Assembly (NCBI RefSeq): GCF_006345805.1
Contig: NC_043007.1
Coordinates: 70,060,001-70,124,000 of the forward strand
Length of the DNA: 64,000 nucleotides
Direction: 5' to 3'
Source: Octopus sinensis
Lineage: Eukaryota
The position numbers were made by a program, and so were the translations under genes. A model generated the notes under the pieces. That model saw only the letters and a program-made list of their open reading frames with translations. It had not been told where the DNA came from and did not search any database. How positions within the stretch are numbered: position 1 is the stretch's first letter; the number at the start of each line of letters is the position of its first letter. Positions 39,511 through 52,340 of this stretch are shown piece by piece.

Positions 39511-39568
39511 TCTATTTTTCATTATCTGAAATCTTCCTCAGTGAAGGTTTCAGATAATGAAAAATAGA
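39511..39568. repeat. Near-perfect 26-bp inverted repeat with a 6-nt loop
   Basis: tctatttttcattatctgaaatcttc-ctcagt-gaaggtttcagataatgaaaaataga; one T:G wobble. Confidence 0.95.
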
Positions 39569-39783
39569 TACAAAACTCCGTCGCTGGGATGAAGATAACA
39601 AAAACAGATTCACATTTTAAAGTTGAGGAATATCTTGCATATTTTTACTGTTTTACTTTCACAGATTGTGTTTGTAATGTTTGAATTAGCTGGTTGATTT
39701 CTTTTTCTGAAAACTCTAGTTTGCCCAGATTGTCACTCAGGCATTTACTCACAAAACCAAATGCAAGAGTTATTATTGGTATA

Positions 39784-40300
39784 AATCATCATCATCCTAG
39801 TCAGGTGTCGCACTATGCGCTGCTGTGGTCATCACGATGTCTTCCCACCTTCTCCTGTCCTCTACCCCATGGACAGCTGAGAATAAATACAATCCTGTGG
39901 CTGCGATGTCTTTCAGCCAAGAAGTGGGTGGTCTGCCTCTTTTACGCCTGCCGATGACCTTGCCAGTTATGATCGTTCGCTCAAGTCCATCCCGGCGCAT
40001 GACGTAGACAGTAATATTGACATGAAGTGCCAAAGAAACGTAGCTTCCGCTTCATGATGTTTCGCCGAAGCGTCATCTTTCAACCGAACTTTTCTAGCAC
40101 CCAGTTGTTATCAAATTGGTATAAATATGAATTCATAATCTGGATACGGAAGCTGGCGGATTCGAAGCAGTTGTCTGTAATTATCTTCTTTCAATTTTGA
40201 AGAGATATTTACACCAGCAGAACAGCTGACCTCTATGTCAATACACACTTTTTTCTCTGTCTCAGACAACAATATTCCGCCAGTTATGTTTACACTTGAC
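39784..40300 (-). mobile_element. RTE-clade LINE 3' end
   Basis: RNIMKRKLRFFG(H)...RRDGLERTIITGKVIGRRKRGRPPTSWLKDI...EDRRRW, ending in a (TGA)n tail (plus-strand tcatcatcatc at 39785). Confidence 0.85.
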
Positions 40301-40379
40301 AGAAGTTTTGATCATAAATGTTCCACCAATATTCCTTGTGTTGATGCTTGTGTATGTATTCAATAACAGAATGATTTTC

Positions 40380-40610
40380 TTATTTCTTTATTGCCCACAA
40401 GGAGCTAAACATAGAGGGGGCAAACAAGGACAGAAAAGGGATTAAGTCGATTACATCGACCCTAGTGTGTAACTGGTACTTAATTTATCGACCCCAAAAG
40501 GATGAAAGGCAAAGTCGACCTCGGCGGAATTTGAACTCAGAACATAAAGACAGACGAAATACAGCTACGTATTTCGCCCGGCGTGCTAACGTTTCTACCA
40601 GCTCGCCGCC
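40380..40610 (-). mobile_element. OK-like SINE monomer (head-core-tail A)
   Basis: Full head, core and ...gctccttgtgggcaataaagaaata tail. Confidence 0.9.
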
Positions 40611-40659
40611 TATAGTTATTCCAGAACAGTCTTTTTTCTTGAAAGGCACTGTATATTGT

Positions 40660-42280
40660 CGCATAGGGATATTCTGATGGCATTTTTAGGCAGCTGCTTA
40701 TCACCTGTGATTAGCAGAAATAAGACTTAAACTACATTTTCGGTGCATCATGGAATTTCGAGGGCTTCACTGTCTCTTTTGATTGCTAGATATTTCGAAG
40801 CAACTTCCTGTTTTTGGATTGCAAATGCATAACCTTCGAAGTATATGATGTAGCGGCCCAAGAGAGACTGCACTTCATGTTAATATTACTGTCTTCGTCA
40901 AGTCATCGAGAAACACCTATGCATAGCCGTTTTTGGTATGCTTTCTTATAATTATGCCACACTGTCATAAGGCTTTACGGTGTTTTCTTACTTCAGATAG
41001 TAGAGATTTCTTTATAAAAGGTTGTTTGGCACATACTACACTCTCTTATTTCCACCTGTCTGTTCATCAGTCACTATGTTGTTGGGCTCCGAACGATCCT
41101 GTTAGGAACTGGTTGAGGCAGCTTGTATACAGTTTGTACATAAATATAAACTTGTTGCCAGTTTAAATATGCTGTGAGTGGCTGCGCTAATTGGCGGCGG
41201 GCACTCCGAACTGACTTGGTGTGTTTACGCCTATTTGTCTAGCGAGAATTTTTTTCTTAAAAAAATGCAATGAATGGCTTTCTTACGGGTTCAAATATCT
41301 GAACTGGTAATAGGTTTATATTTAGTTAGCACCTCGAAACATTGTATAATGTTTTGGCAGCCTATGGATCAGCAGTTTTCTGCTAACTCGGTCGTTTCAT
41401 TCTTGATCACAAGATAGGTCCGTGCTGTAGCATGGAAATGTCGTGTATCAAACTGACCCTCCGAATTCATTATGAATGTACACATTAATGGTTTTCTGTA
41501 AAGTGTCAGGCTCTTGTACCAATATCTAGCTGTTAGGTCTCTTCCATCTACCTTCCCATTATTCAGTTTTCCTACAGCTATATCTCGAAAGCTTCTGGGT
41601 CAATTCTATATGCTTTACTCTCGATGTTTGTACAATATTCTCCCGTAACTGTATTTAGCCACGATGCATTAAGGTTGAAATCCCTCTTTTCATTCTAGAT
41701 TTTAGAACAGAATGATTCAAGCTCTTCTTGAAAGGGGGCTTTCTTGACAGTAATGTTTTCCTCTCCCGACTTTCTGCATAATATCTGTTAGTTGGAAGCT
41801 AACTTGAGATGTACGCTGGTTTTTTCAAAGATTTGCCTGCGGTAGCGGAATTTTCCGTTCAGTCCTGAATTTGTGTTTTAGAGCAATTAACTTTTCCTCA
41901 AGAGCTGCGTATAAAGAATAACCAAAGAGTCTTGTTAATTTGTCGCTATTACATAATTGGTAGGGTGTAAACTCATTATTTCCCTTACATTTCGTTATCG
42001 TAGTTAACAATCCAATATGGCGGCGGAGATTGTTGTTTTCCATTTAGGTTGATTCTGTTTAGTAGTTCCATTAACCGAAAATACCGAAAATTTCTTCTCG
42101 ATTTTCTTTTAAGAGTGTTCGCAGCTGTGTGTATATCAAGGTATTCATATTTCCGTAATTATCATCACCTGATTCCATGTTTTCTCTAGCGACATCGCCA
42201 ATAACTTTCAGCATCAGAGCAGTTAGAAATTTTCTAATTGTTGTGAAGAATGACCTGTCGTTCAACGATAATTTCATACG
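40660..42280 (-). mobile_element. R4/Dong-clade LINE relic (N-terminal RT region fused by deletion to the C-terminal Cys region)
   Basis: Frameshifted minus-strand motifs: EELESFCSKI..FNLNASWL, MYKLYTSCLNQFL, MTVWHNYKKAY (like WLDYKKAFDS), EGYAFAIQKQEVASKYL. Confidence 0.7.
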
Positions 42281-42284
42281 TAAC

Positions 42285-42315
<31 letters not shown>

Positions 42316-43345
42316 TGTATGTATGTATGTATGTATGTATGTATGTATGTATGTATGTATGTATGTATGGATGTATGTATGTATCTATGTTTGTATGTAT
42401 GTATGTATGTATGTATGTATGTATGTATGTATGTATGTATGTATCTATGTTTGTATGTATGTATGTATGCATTTATGTATGTATTTATAAGCTTGTAAAC
42501 TTGCTTTAGGCTTTCTAGTTGGGTATATTAATTCTCTTACATTTAGACAAAGTGTGTATATGTTATAATCTACCGCCTGTCACCGACCACTCCCCACCAC
42601 TACTACAAACGACAGTCCGTATGTATATCTAGAACGTTAACATTAAGGCGTCCTCATTTATCGTATAATCTGAGCTACGCATCATGAATAACTTCGGTTA
42701 CAATCGAATAGAGACGGGTATTGAAAATCATTTATTGGCATCGAGACAAACTTTGTTGCTTTAGTTACACATTTTCAATTCTTTTATTTAACACTAAGCT
42801 TAGTATCGCAGACAAATTCCATTATTTTTATTATTATATCTCTATATTGTGTAATTATTAAAATTCTGCTTATATTAACTCAAACTCTGTACAAAAAAAA
42901 AATATATATATATAATAGAAGATAGGTGTTCACTATCCTGGTTGCAACATGAAAAGAAAACAGTATATAAATTATAGTGAAATACGAGCTGAAGCTACAC
43001 TTATTGATTTCTCTAGTTTATTTGGAATACTAAATAGCAATTATCAATGTATTTGGTTTCTCTCACATTCTGACTCTTTGCATAACACCAGCATTACTTT
43101 GTACCCAAATGACCAATAATTTTATGTTTCTCAAAAACATAATGTCGTTATTGTGCTTGTGGGAATAATAACTTTTCTGGATCCGCAATTATGCAAATAC
43201 GTATGTTTGTACGTTTGTTTGTACACACATAAATAAATAAATAAATACATACATACATACATACATACATACATACATACATACATACATACATAATTAA
43301 ATACATACATGCGGAGAGACAGACCGACTGACCGATCGATCAATC

Positions 43346-43422
<77 letters not shown>

Positions 43423-43689
43423 ATGTGTATTGTATGGCTGTATGTCTTCAGTTCAGTTTAATAAAGATCCTCACGGACTTCAAGGTGGTCACTAATAATG
43501 TGACGAGTCTTTGGGTCGATCCAGTTCCAAGGATTTGTGAATATCTAAGTTAATATGTGTGAATATGTGTATATACGTTAGTGTGTATATAGATAAACTT
43601 GATATCATCTAATAGACATACATATCTCCTAAATACACAAGTGTGTGTGTGTCTGTGTGTGTGATTACTAACTATGTATGTGTCTATGC

Positions 43690-44394
43690 CATGCGCACAC
43701 ATGTGATTGTATGTATATGTTCATTCCAGGAAATTCGAATGGAGAATCTTTGGAATGTATTAAAAATCTTCAGTGTACCAATAATCGGTTGGATTTGGAT
43801 GATGTGAGTAAGTTCGTTTTGTTCTTTCTTGGAAAACCTTAGAATTTCCAGGCTTTTATGCAAATCTTGGGGCATCTATGATAGCAGGTAGAAATGAGAA
43901 TCTACAGCATGAATACAAAAATTGTCAGTTTCACATTAGTAGACCATAGATATTCTTGTTTCCACAACTTTAGACGAGATATTCACATATGTCTCCCAAC
44001 TGGTTCTATCACCAGTGCAAGTCTTTCGTAAACTGTCTCAGAGAAGTGTATTAGTCTTACTGCGTCTGTACCGGTTTACTATTCCTACTGGAATGCTTCA
44101 CCAGTGGCAGTCCATATTTTATGAATGTAGGAAGATATTGTGGCTCTACTGAGTCTTATCACTGACCATCTGGAAATTCTTCCGCGGATAACATAAATAA
44201 TTATGTCATCAATGTCATGTCTCACGGAAAGGTTTGGACATTGTAAACGTTTCTCTGCAGCTATATTGATGACGAATACGATATCTTCCACGCTGATATT
44301 ACATAATCGATATTACAGCATAAGGTTTTAGAGGCAGATTTATATCTCTTACTGATCGAATACTTAGTCGCTATCAGCAGTTTTTGAATTGTGA

Positions 44395-44395
<1 letters not shown>
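43690..44395 (-). mobile_element. R4/Dong-like LINE C-terminal relic
   Basis: TIQKLLIATKY...C..RHD knuckle region and terminal IQIQPIIGTLKIFNTF; same family as the IQxQE motif at 40800. Confidence 0.6.
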
Positions 44396-44425
<30 letters not shown>

Positions 44426-45068
44426 TGTATGTATGTATGTATGTATGCATGTATGTATATGTGTGATGTATGCATGTATGTGTGTGTGTATGTATGTGCA
44501 TGAGTCTCTATGTATGTGGGTATGTGTGCAATTTATACAGAGGCAGGCATGGTCAAGTGATAAACGAGTTGTCTTTGCAACCATGACACCCAAGTTTCAA
44601 GCTCACTATTAAGTATGTATCTGTAACCTTAACATTGGGTCGACCGATGCATTGTCAGTAAAATTAGGCCACACACTGTGCCATGCGCAATTGTTTCTCA
44701 TGAATGATCTTAAGAGTACAATATATCCGTGATATACTCAACCACATGCTAATTCAATGAGTAGGTCATCGAAACAGCTACAATATTCATCATCGAAACT
44801 GACGGAGTTCCATTTACTCTCCTATGAAAGTATATTTATATGAGATCGTAGATATGATAACGAGGTGGTGTTTACTGGTGATCATGTTCGTTCAAAACGT
44901 CTGATTAGGCGGGACTATTTACACCTGAACGAATAAACCCACCAAATTTGTTTGATGAGGAGGATTCTGGACACCCTGCCAGATGAAAAGCAAAAACTGT
45001 CAGAGTTGATTAACTCAGCAGAGTCAAGACCAACCAATAATATGTATATATGTGTATACATACATGCT

Positions 45069-45159
<91 letters not shown>

Positions 45160-45185
45160 ACATATATACATATATATATATACAT

Positions 45186-45217
<32 letters not shown>

Positions 45218-45723
45218 TATATATATATATATACACACACACAAAATTAAGAGAACTCACCACTAAAAGTGGACAGCCTATATGCTAAACATAGACGTCA
45301 AATTGCCATTACCACGAAGAATGATGTGTTCTCAAGAAAAATCTCAGCAAAAAAACAAAATGTAAAAATAAGCATGACAAATGAAAATATTCGAAATAAA
45401 AAACGATTACCTACGTACCGTTGGTTTCATTTGTTAATATTTACGTACATGGACACACAAACATCTGCAAGATCATCAGCATAGTCTGTCGTTTACAAAA
45501 CACTATATATATATATATATATTATATATATATATATTATATATATATATATATAAAACACAGGTAGATGGAATATGTTGTGATTATTTTGTATGAATTC
45601 TGCATACAAAAACGCATTTCCACATGTATATCCAGTAAAAGGCAAATTCCTTCTGTACGATAGCATATGGTAGCGGATATTCTAGACGAGTTTTGGAAAG
45701 CACCTGATAAGGTTATTACCCAG

Positions 45724-45757
<34 letters not shown>

Positions 45758-46883
45758 TCCGTCTCTTCATTGTTACAGTGGAACCTGTGCTGTTGTAAGG
45801 GTATGTGACTTGGACACTGACCAAGAAACTCGCTCAGATAGTCGATGGGTACTACACGAGAATGCAGGAACAAACGTATGAATTTTGCTAGCGGACTTAA
45901 AGTTAGTGGAATCTAATTAGCGGAAGTTAATTGGTCCGCTAACAGTTTCCAAGGTTAACGAAAACGCTGATACGCTAAACGAAAAGTTAGCTTCCTTAAT
46001 AAGCTGTTAGCGGATTAGCAGGACCGTACTCACTACTGATCTTAAGTGACAAAAGTACGGATCACTTACATTCAGGACTCTGAGTTTCTGTGCCTACAAT
46101 TCAATGGAAGTTGCACTCCAGGTTATTTATACTTAATGCATACTTGCTGTATGCTTGACACGGGTGCATGTACGTATATGCACATCTGCATTTATATGTG
46201 TACATTCTGTGTGTGTGTGTGTGTATGTGTGTGAAATGCATGTAAGAAAAAACTACTCTGACTTGAAACCTGTGGTCTCAGGTCATTTTACTGATTTGCA
46301 TGTTGCTACTCAAACGGTTTCATATATTTAGAGAGTGACTCCTATCATGCACAAACGTTTGTTATAACAAATAGTAGGCATTTAGTGCTGAGGATGGAGT
46401 GGCAGGCATCGCTAAAGCAATTAATTGTAGAATATTCTGTACTATTTTTTTCACTTGGCTGGTCTTCCCTTTTTATGCATTCTGTCATCTATAAATTTGC
46501 ATGGAGTGCTTATTGAGGTATTCGTTCGGATTTTCTTGTTATACTATATATATGTGTGTGTGGGAGAGAAAAAGTGTGTGTTTGTGTGTGTGTGTGTGTT
46601 GTTTACGTCATAAGCGTTTAGTAACTTCGAGAGAACGTACAATAATTTATTTTAACGGTGGAACTCGAAGAAATGAAGCTATTGATGATATTTACACACC
46701 ATAATTTATAGCCTCTTCTACTTCGAGTACCAACTTCAAAAATGATATATACATAAGTATACATACAGTTATAACTATATGCACATACACATAGAGACAC
46801 ACACACACACACATATATACATATGAATATATATGCATATGTGTTATATATATATATATATATACATGTGTGTGTGTTTACAT

Positions 46884-46954
<71 letters not shown>

Positions 46955-47750
46955 TGTGTGTGCATATATGTGTGTATATGTGTGTGTGTGTGCATATATG
47001 TGTGTATATGTGTGTGTGTGTTCATAAGGTCTTCAAAAGAACTTATGAACTTTTTTATTTATATTTCCAGTAAACATTAGTTTTTCAAAATCGTGCATAA
47101 CTGGCATAAAATATGGGTTTATAGGAGAAAATGGAAGGCAAAAGTTAAATGATCTTTTTCTTGGTTGGCTGGTTGGAAGTTCTGTTTGTTGGTCGAATGA
47201 ATAACTATCTCAGGTCACTGATCCATTAAACTTGCTGCGAACTCTGCACAGCAATGTCCAGGATCAGCATTAATTTCAAATATACATGATGAAACGCATC
47301 CAATCATGATGGGTCGAACACTTTATACACATATATATATATAGAATATTTTATATTTAACTGAATTTTAATCCGATGCTTTACGTTTATTACATTTATC
47401 TCCGGAAATAACGCTGATATCCTGCTTCTAGAAAAGAAAGATGGAAGAAGAAGTGACCCGACGAGTTAATGATTCAACAACAGCACTACATTAACGATTG
47501 CGAAGGATTAAATGTTAATGTGAATTAGGAACTAATCACATGAAATTGTTCATCACCCCGACTGACAATGACTGGGCATTGGCTGTTGGTTAGTTACGGG
47601 ATTTTGTCACGTGCCGCAATGATTCGGTTGTACATCAATTATTTCATCCTTAACCGAGCAGAACTTTACAAGCGGGTAATCTCTCCGTCAGAGAAACACA
47701 TTAAAATTATATCTGTGCATGTGTGTATGATGTGATATATACGTACATAC

Positions 47751-47786
<36 letters not shown>

Positions 47787-47814
47787 GTATGTATATATGT
47801 GCATGAATGTGTGT

Positions 47815-47899
<85 letters not shown>

Positions 47900-48542
47900 A
47901 TATATATATATATATATATACATACACATATATGTATATTCATGCAAACACCCCCATATATATATATAGATAAAGTATGAGAGCTATTTACGGAGTGCTT
48001 ATAGAGAGCCCATGCGAAAAAATACAGAGTAAAGGAAATTGAAAACGCAAATCATAGGCAGTCAAACAGATTCACAAACGCATAAATGAAGATATTCAAT
48101 CAATGTAATTAAATCATATATATTTATACACATCAACATAAATCATGCATGTATAGGCTTAAAGATTCTCCAAGGATATAAATAAATAAAGCAAACATAC
48201 ATAAAAATATAGAAGAAATATAAAAACATATAAAAGTTCATATAATATTACATATCAATAAAGATTACATGTAAAGAGTTATGCGTGATAAATATAGGAG
48301 GCGCAAAACGAATGAGAGGTTCATAAATATTGGAATAGAAATGTCAAGTTTCAAAATGGCAAACCGCCTAAATCTTCTAAATATTTCTTACACATCTAAG
48401 ATATGAGATAGAAATGACGCAAGATATCAAGGCCAAGAGAAATGAATAAAATAGGATCCGAAAATAGGAGGCAGTTTCATGGAATATATATATATATAAG
48501 AAACCAAAGTGTACGTACGCCGCTATATATATATATATATAA

Positions 48543-48859
48543 AATACAAAATGGGACAAGAACGCAAAACATCCGGACAGTTAGGTGATACAAAAAATGG
48601 GGCAACAAAATATCCAGATGGACGATACGAAAGAAAACAAGGACGGGTCATTCGAAGTTTTCTTTCCTCAGTCAAGTACCAGATTATCTTCTCAATTTCG
48701 GCTGATTATAATTGAGATTGCTCTAATCTTTCCAATCTCAGGAAATAAAACTTCGAATGACCCGTCCTTGTTTTCTTTGTATCGTCTATCTGGATGTTTT
48801 GTTGTACCATTTTTGTATCACCTAACTGTCCGGATGTTTTGCGTTCTTGTCCCATTTTG

Positions 48860-48863
<4 letters not shown>
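48543..48863. repeat. Foldback element: ~125-bp inverted arms (48543-48668 / 48740-48863), ~71-bp spacer, embedded in (TA)n
   Basis: The left arm aatacaaaatgggacaagaacgcaaaacatccggacagttagg...cattcgaagttttctttcct is the reverse complement of the right arm, with only a handful of differences. Confidence 0.93.
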
Positions 48864-48911
<48 letters not shown>

Positions 48912-48963
48912 GTATATACTTATATATGAAATACAGTGCCAAAGATGAGCACATATATATCTA

Positions 48964-49867
48964 CGAGGGTGTACCCAAAAGAAACCGCAATTTTGCAGTA
49001 TTATTATATTCACTTAGTTTTACATATTTACACTTTTATCATCTTCAAAATATTCTCCATTTGAAGCAACGCATCGGCCCAGGTGTGTTTTCCACTATTC
49101 AAAACAGTGCTGGAACTCTTGCGATGTGGTGCCTTTGAACATCTCCATCGTTTCCTTTTTCACCTCTTCCACATCTGCAAATTCCGTAGCACCAGCTTTC
49201 GTCACCAGTAATGACCTTCGAAAAAAGGTTCAGATCAACCTCCAACAGTTCTTTCAGTTCACGACACGCATTCACTCGTGACTACTTTTGATCTTCCGTG
49301 AGCAAGCGTGGCACAAATTTTGCTCCATCTCTTTTCATTCGCAATTCATCGCTCAAAATTCGTTTGTAGGAACTCCAGGACACACTAATCATATCAACAA
49401 ATTCGTCAATTATTCGGCGACAGTCCTCCAAGATCAGTTCATGAATCTTCGTGATGTTTTCGTTCATTAAGGAAGTCGTCGATAGCCTGAACAAGGTTGG
49501 TCTTCAAGCGACAAGTGACCACTCCTAAAGCGTGAAAACCACCCATAAACTTCTGTTTTGCTCAATGCAGCGTCCTTGTAAGCTGTTTCAGGCACACAAC
49601 TTTTACGGCCGCCATTTTCTCCAACAGAAAGCAGAATTTCACGGAAGCACGCAGTTCCTTCGTTTCAGCAATCGCAAAAATTGACGAACAGAAGAGAGGC
49701 ACTGCAAAACAAAGAGGCACCATGTGATAGTACGACATCAGCAGAAGACATCTTTTGGCAGACTGATGTTTGAGGGACGCATCAAGTGGCATCTAGCGGC
49801 GGAAACCTGAACTACAACGGACTTGTCCCACAGAGAACGTTTCCGGTTAGTTTTGGGTACCTTCTCG
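48964..49867 (-). mobile_element. Mariner element (DD34D, irritans/Hsmar2-like TIR), internally deleted, 904 bp
   Basis: TIRs CGAGGGTGTACCCAAAAGAAACCG / CGAGAAGGTACCCAAAACTAACCG, flanked by TA at 48962-63 and 49868-69. Transposase remnants: ELRASVKFCFLL (HTH), LRMKRDGAKFVPRLLTEDQK (WVPRLL motif), WKTHLGRCVASNGEYF (C-terminus). Confidence 0.92.
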
Positions 49868-49921
<54 letters not shown>

Positions 49922-50261
49922 TGTATGTGTGTGTATGTATGTGTGTATGCATGTATATATATATGTGTGTGTGTGTATATATATATATCCTACCTAGGTG
50001 GTACGGTTTTCTGAGCTGGATATACAGGCAGTAAGTGGTTGACAAAAAATACAATGCAAAGAATAAAGAGATAAAGATAAGGATATAATAGGTTTTGATT
50101 GAAAGCCACTATAAAGCGTGCCGAACCCTTTGATAGTTCATCATGCTTGCCAAGCGTGACGACGCGGTTAAGAATTTGCTGAGTAAGTAGTTCCGGTCTA
50201 ATGACTATATAATGTGTGTATAGTAGTATTTATTTGTTTATTGTATAGGCAGTAGTTTGAA

Positions 50262-50330
<69 letters not shown>

Positions 50331-50364
50331 GTATACATATGCAGCCGTGCTACCGGTATAGAAT

Positions 50365-50570
50365 ATTGATTTCAGATTTTGGCACAAGGCGAACAAGTTC
50401 AGAGGACATTTTAAGTCGGTTACGTCGACCCCAGTGCTCGCTCGATACTTATTTTATCGACCCCGAAAGCATGGAATACAAAACCAACGTTGGCGGATTT
50501 GAACTCAGAACGTAATGCCGCCAAATATTTTGCCCGGCGTGGTATCGACTCTGCCAATCGCCACCTTTCT
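50365..50570 (-). mobile_element. OK-like SINE, diverged
   Basis: tttcagattttggcacaaggc tail, atcgaccccgaaag core, atttgaactcagaacg, ttgcccggcgtg head. Confidence 0.78.
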
Positions 50571-52134
50571 ACCAACATAAAATATTAATAACATCTAAAC
50601 CAACTAAATTCCAGCAGACTAACTGTTAGTGTAAAAACAATAGCATCCCTATTAAGAGGCCATGCAATGTTAAATTGAGGATATATATATATGACATGAT
50701 ACAAGACTTTCTACCATCCTACCAAACTTTAATATCGTACATAGTTACTATGTGTGTATAATTGGAGGTAAAGTTAAATCGCTACACTTCAATTATGCTT
50801 CTGCATTCAGAAGTGAAGAAAAAAGGACAAAACTGTGCACTTATACCTTGAGTTTAAATGAACAAGATACATATTTCAATAAGATGGGGAAGATCTTAAG
50901 GTACAGAATTAGTACAAAAGTTGTTAGTTATACAAAACTGAGAAGAATCCATAATAATAAATAACTTTAGTAAAGATGCAAACTATCTAAATCTCAGATA
51001 AGAAACCTTCGTTAAATGTCGCCACTTTGATAAGTACCGTCTGAAACACAAAAAAACAACATCATCACCTAACTAAATTTACCATAAATAACTTCTCCCT
51101 CTCCCCTTTCTTTTTTTTACCTCTTCGTTATTAACTCACTGGTAAAACCATATAACGACACTATTATTAAATATTTTTATCTTTTCCAGTTCATACTTAT
51201 TTTCATATAGCAGAATGGTCAATACTTTCTTACTTTCTAGCCTCAGTCACAATCTATTCCTCTGATAGCATGTTAAATAATATACTTTGTTTCTTTATAT
51301 TTTTTACATTAATTTCCATATAGAAACCTCTTTGTTCTTTCTATACTTCCTTAAACATTTTAAAGTCCTTCGTCTGTTTTTAAAGTCTGTTGCCTTTCTT
51401 ATATTTAACGATGATAAAGAGGAACTAAGTCAACCCTAGTCATTTGTAACAAAGTATACCGATTACAACATTTTAACCGGTAAAACAGGACGCATCCATA
51501 TCCATCATATGCATTTTATGAACCGGGTGAGTTTATCGTCAGCTCAGAATAAGTTGAACGTGAAGCATTTAGTTACATCGCATTATTACTATCAGTTTAC
51601 ATCCCAAATGTATATATGCGTATGTGTGTGTGTGTGTGGTGTGTGTGTGTGTGTGTGTGTGTGTATACACTGACAACTATACGTATGTATTTTATGTACA
51701 TGCATGTATACGTGGAAGTTTGGGTGCAAAAAGAAACAAGAAAAAATGATACTTCTTGATATTGATAGCAGTGTTAAAATATATTTTACATTAAAATGAA
51801 AATTCAAATTTTGTGACAGTCTCTTCCATCATCGATGGGAATTTGAAGAATAAAAGAAGGAAAAGCATCAATAAGAATATTAAGTTAATGAAAACGAAGA
51901 GTAAACATTTGAATAGATGTTTGAGTATATGTGAATTCAATGAAATATGAAATGTTATTGAATGACTATGCAAAGATAAAGTCATGCAAATCAAACATGA
52001 ATAGTTCTTATTTAAACAGTTAACAGCAGGTATTTTATATCATTCATAACACGTCTTCGTACTCAAATACTGCAAAGTATTATAATATTAAAGAAAACCC
52101 AACAAAAATGTGAGAAAGCAAGTAATACGGTATA

Positions 52135-52340
52135 TTGGTTTCAAATTTTGGCACAAGGTTAGCAATTTTGGAGGAAGAGTTAAGTAGATTAAATCGATGA
52201 AGAGTTAAGTCGATTGAATCCGAAAGAAATGAAAGCCAAAGTAGTCACGGCGGAATTTTAACTCAGATTGTAAAGACGGACAAAATGTCGCTTCGCATTT
52301 TGCCCGGCGTGCTAACGATTCTGCCAGCTTGTTGCCTTGC
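52135..52340 (-). mobile_element. OK-like SINE, diverged
   Basis: ttggtttcaaattttggcacaagg tail ... gcccggcgtgctaacgattctgccagc head. Confidence 0.8.

Noticed and set aside
45440-45495. DYADDLA on the minus strand (RT catalytic motif; also contains CTGATGA)
   Set aside because: No flanking RT motifs, a stop follows within ~12 codons, and there is no GAAA or helix III for a hammerhead; probably chance.
51508-51542. Minus-strand CTGACGA...AAAA-TGCA-TA hammerhead-like string
   Set aside because: G12 is missing, helix II is irregular and helix I does not pair; at best a very old relic.
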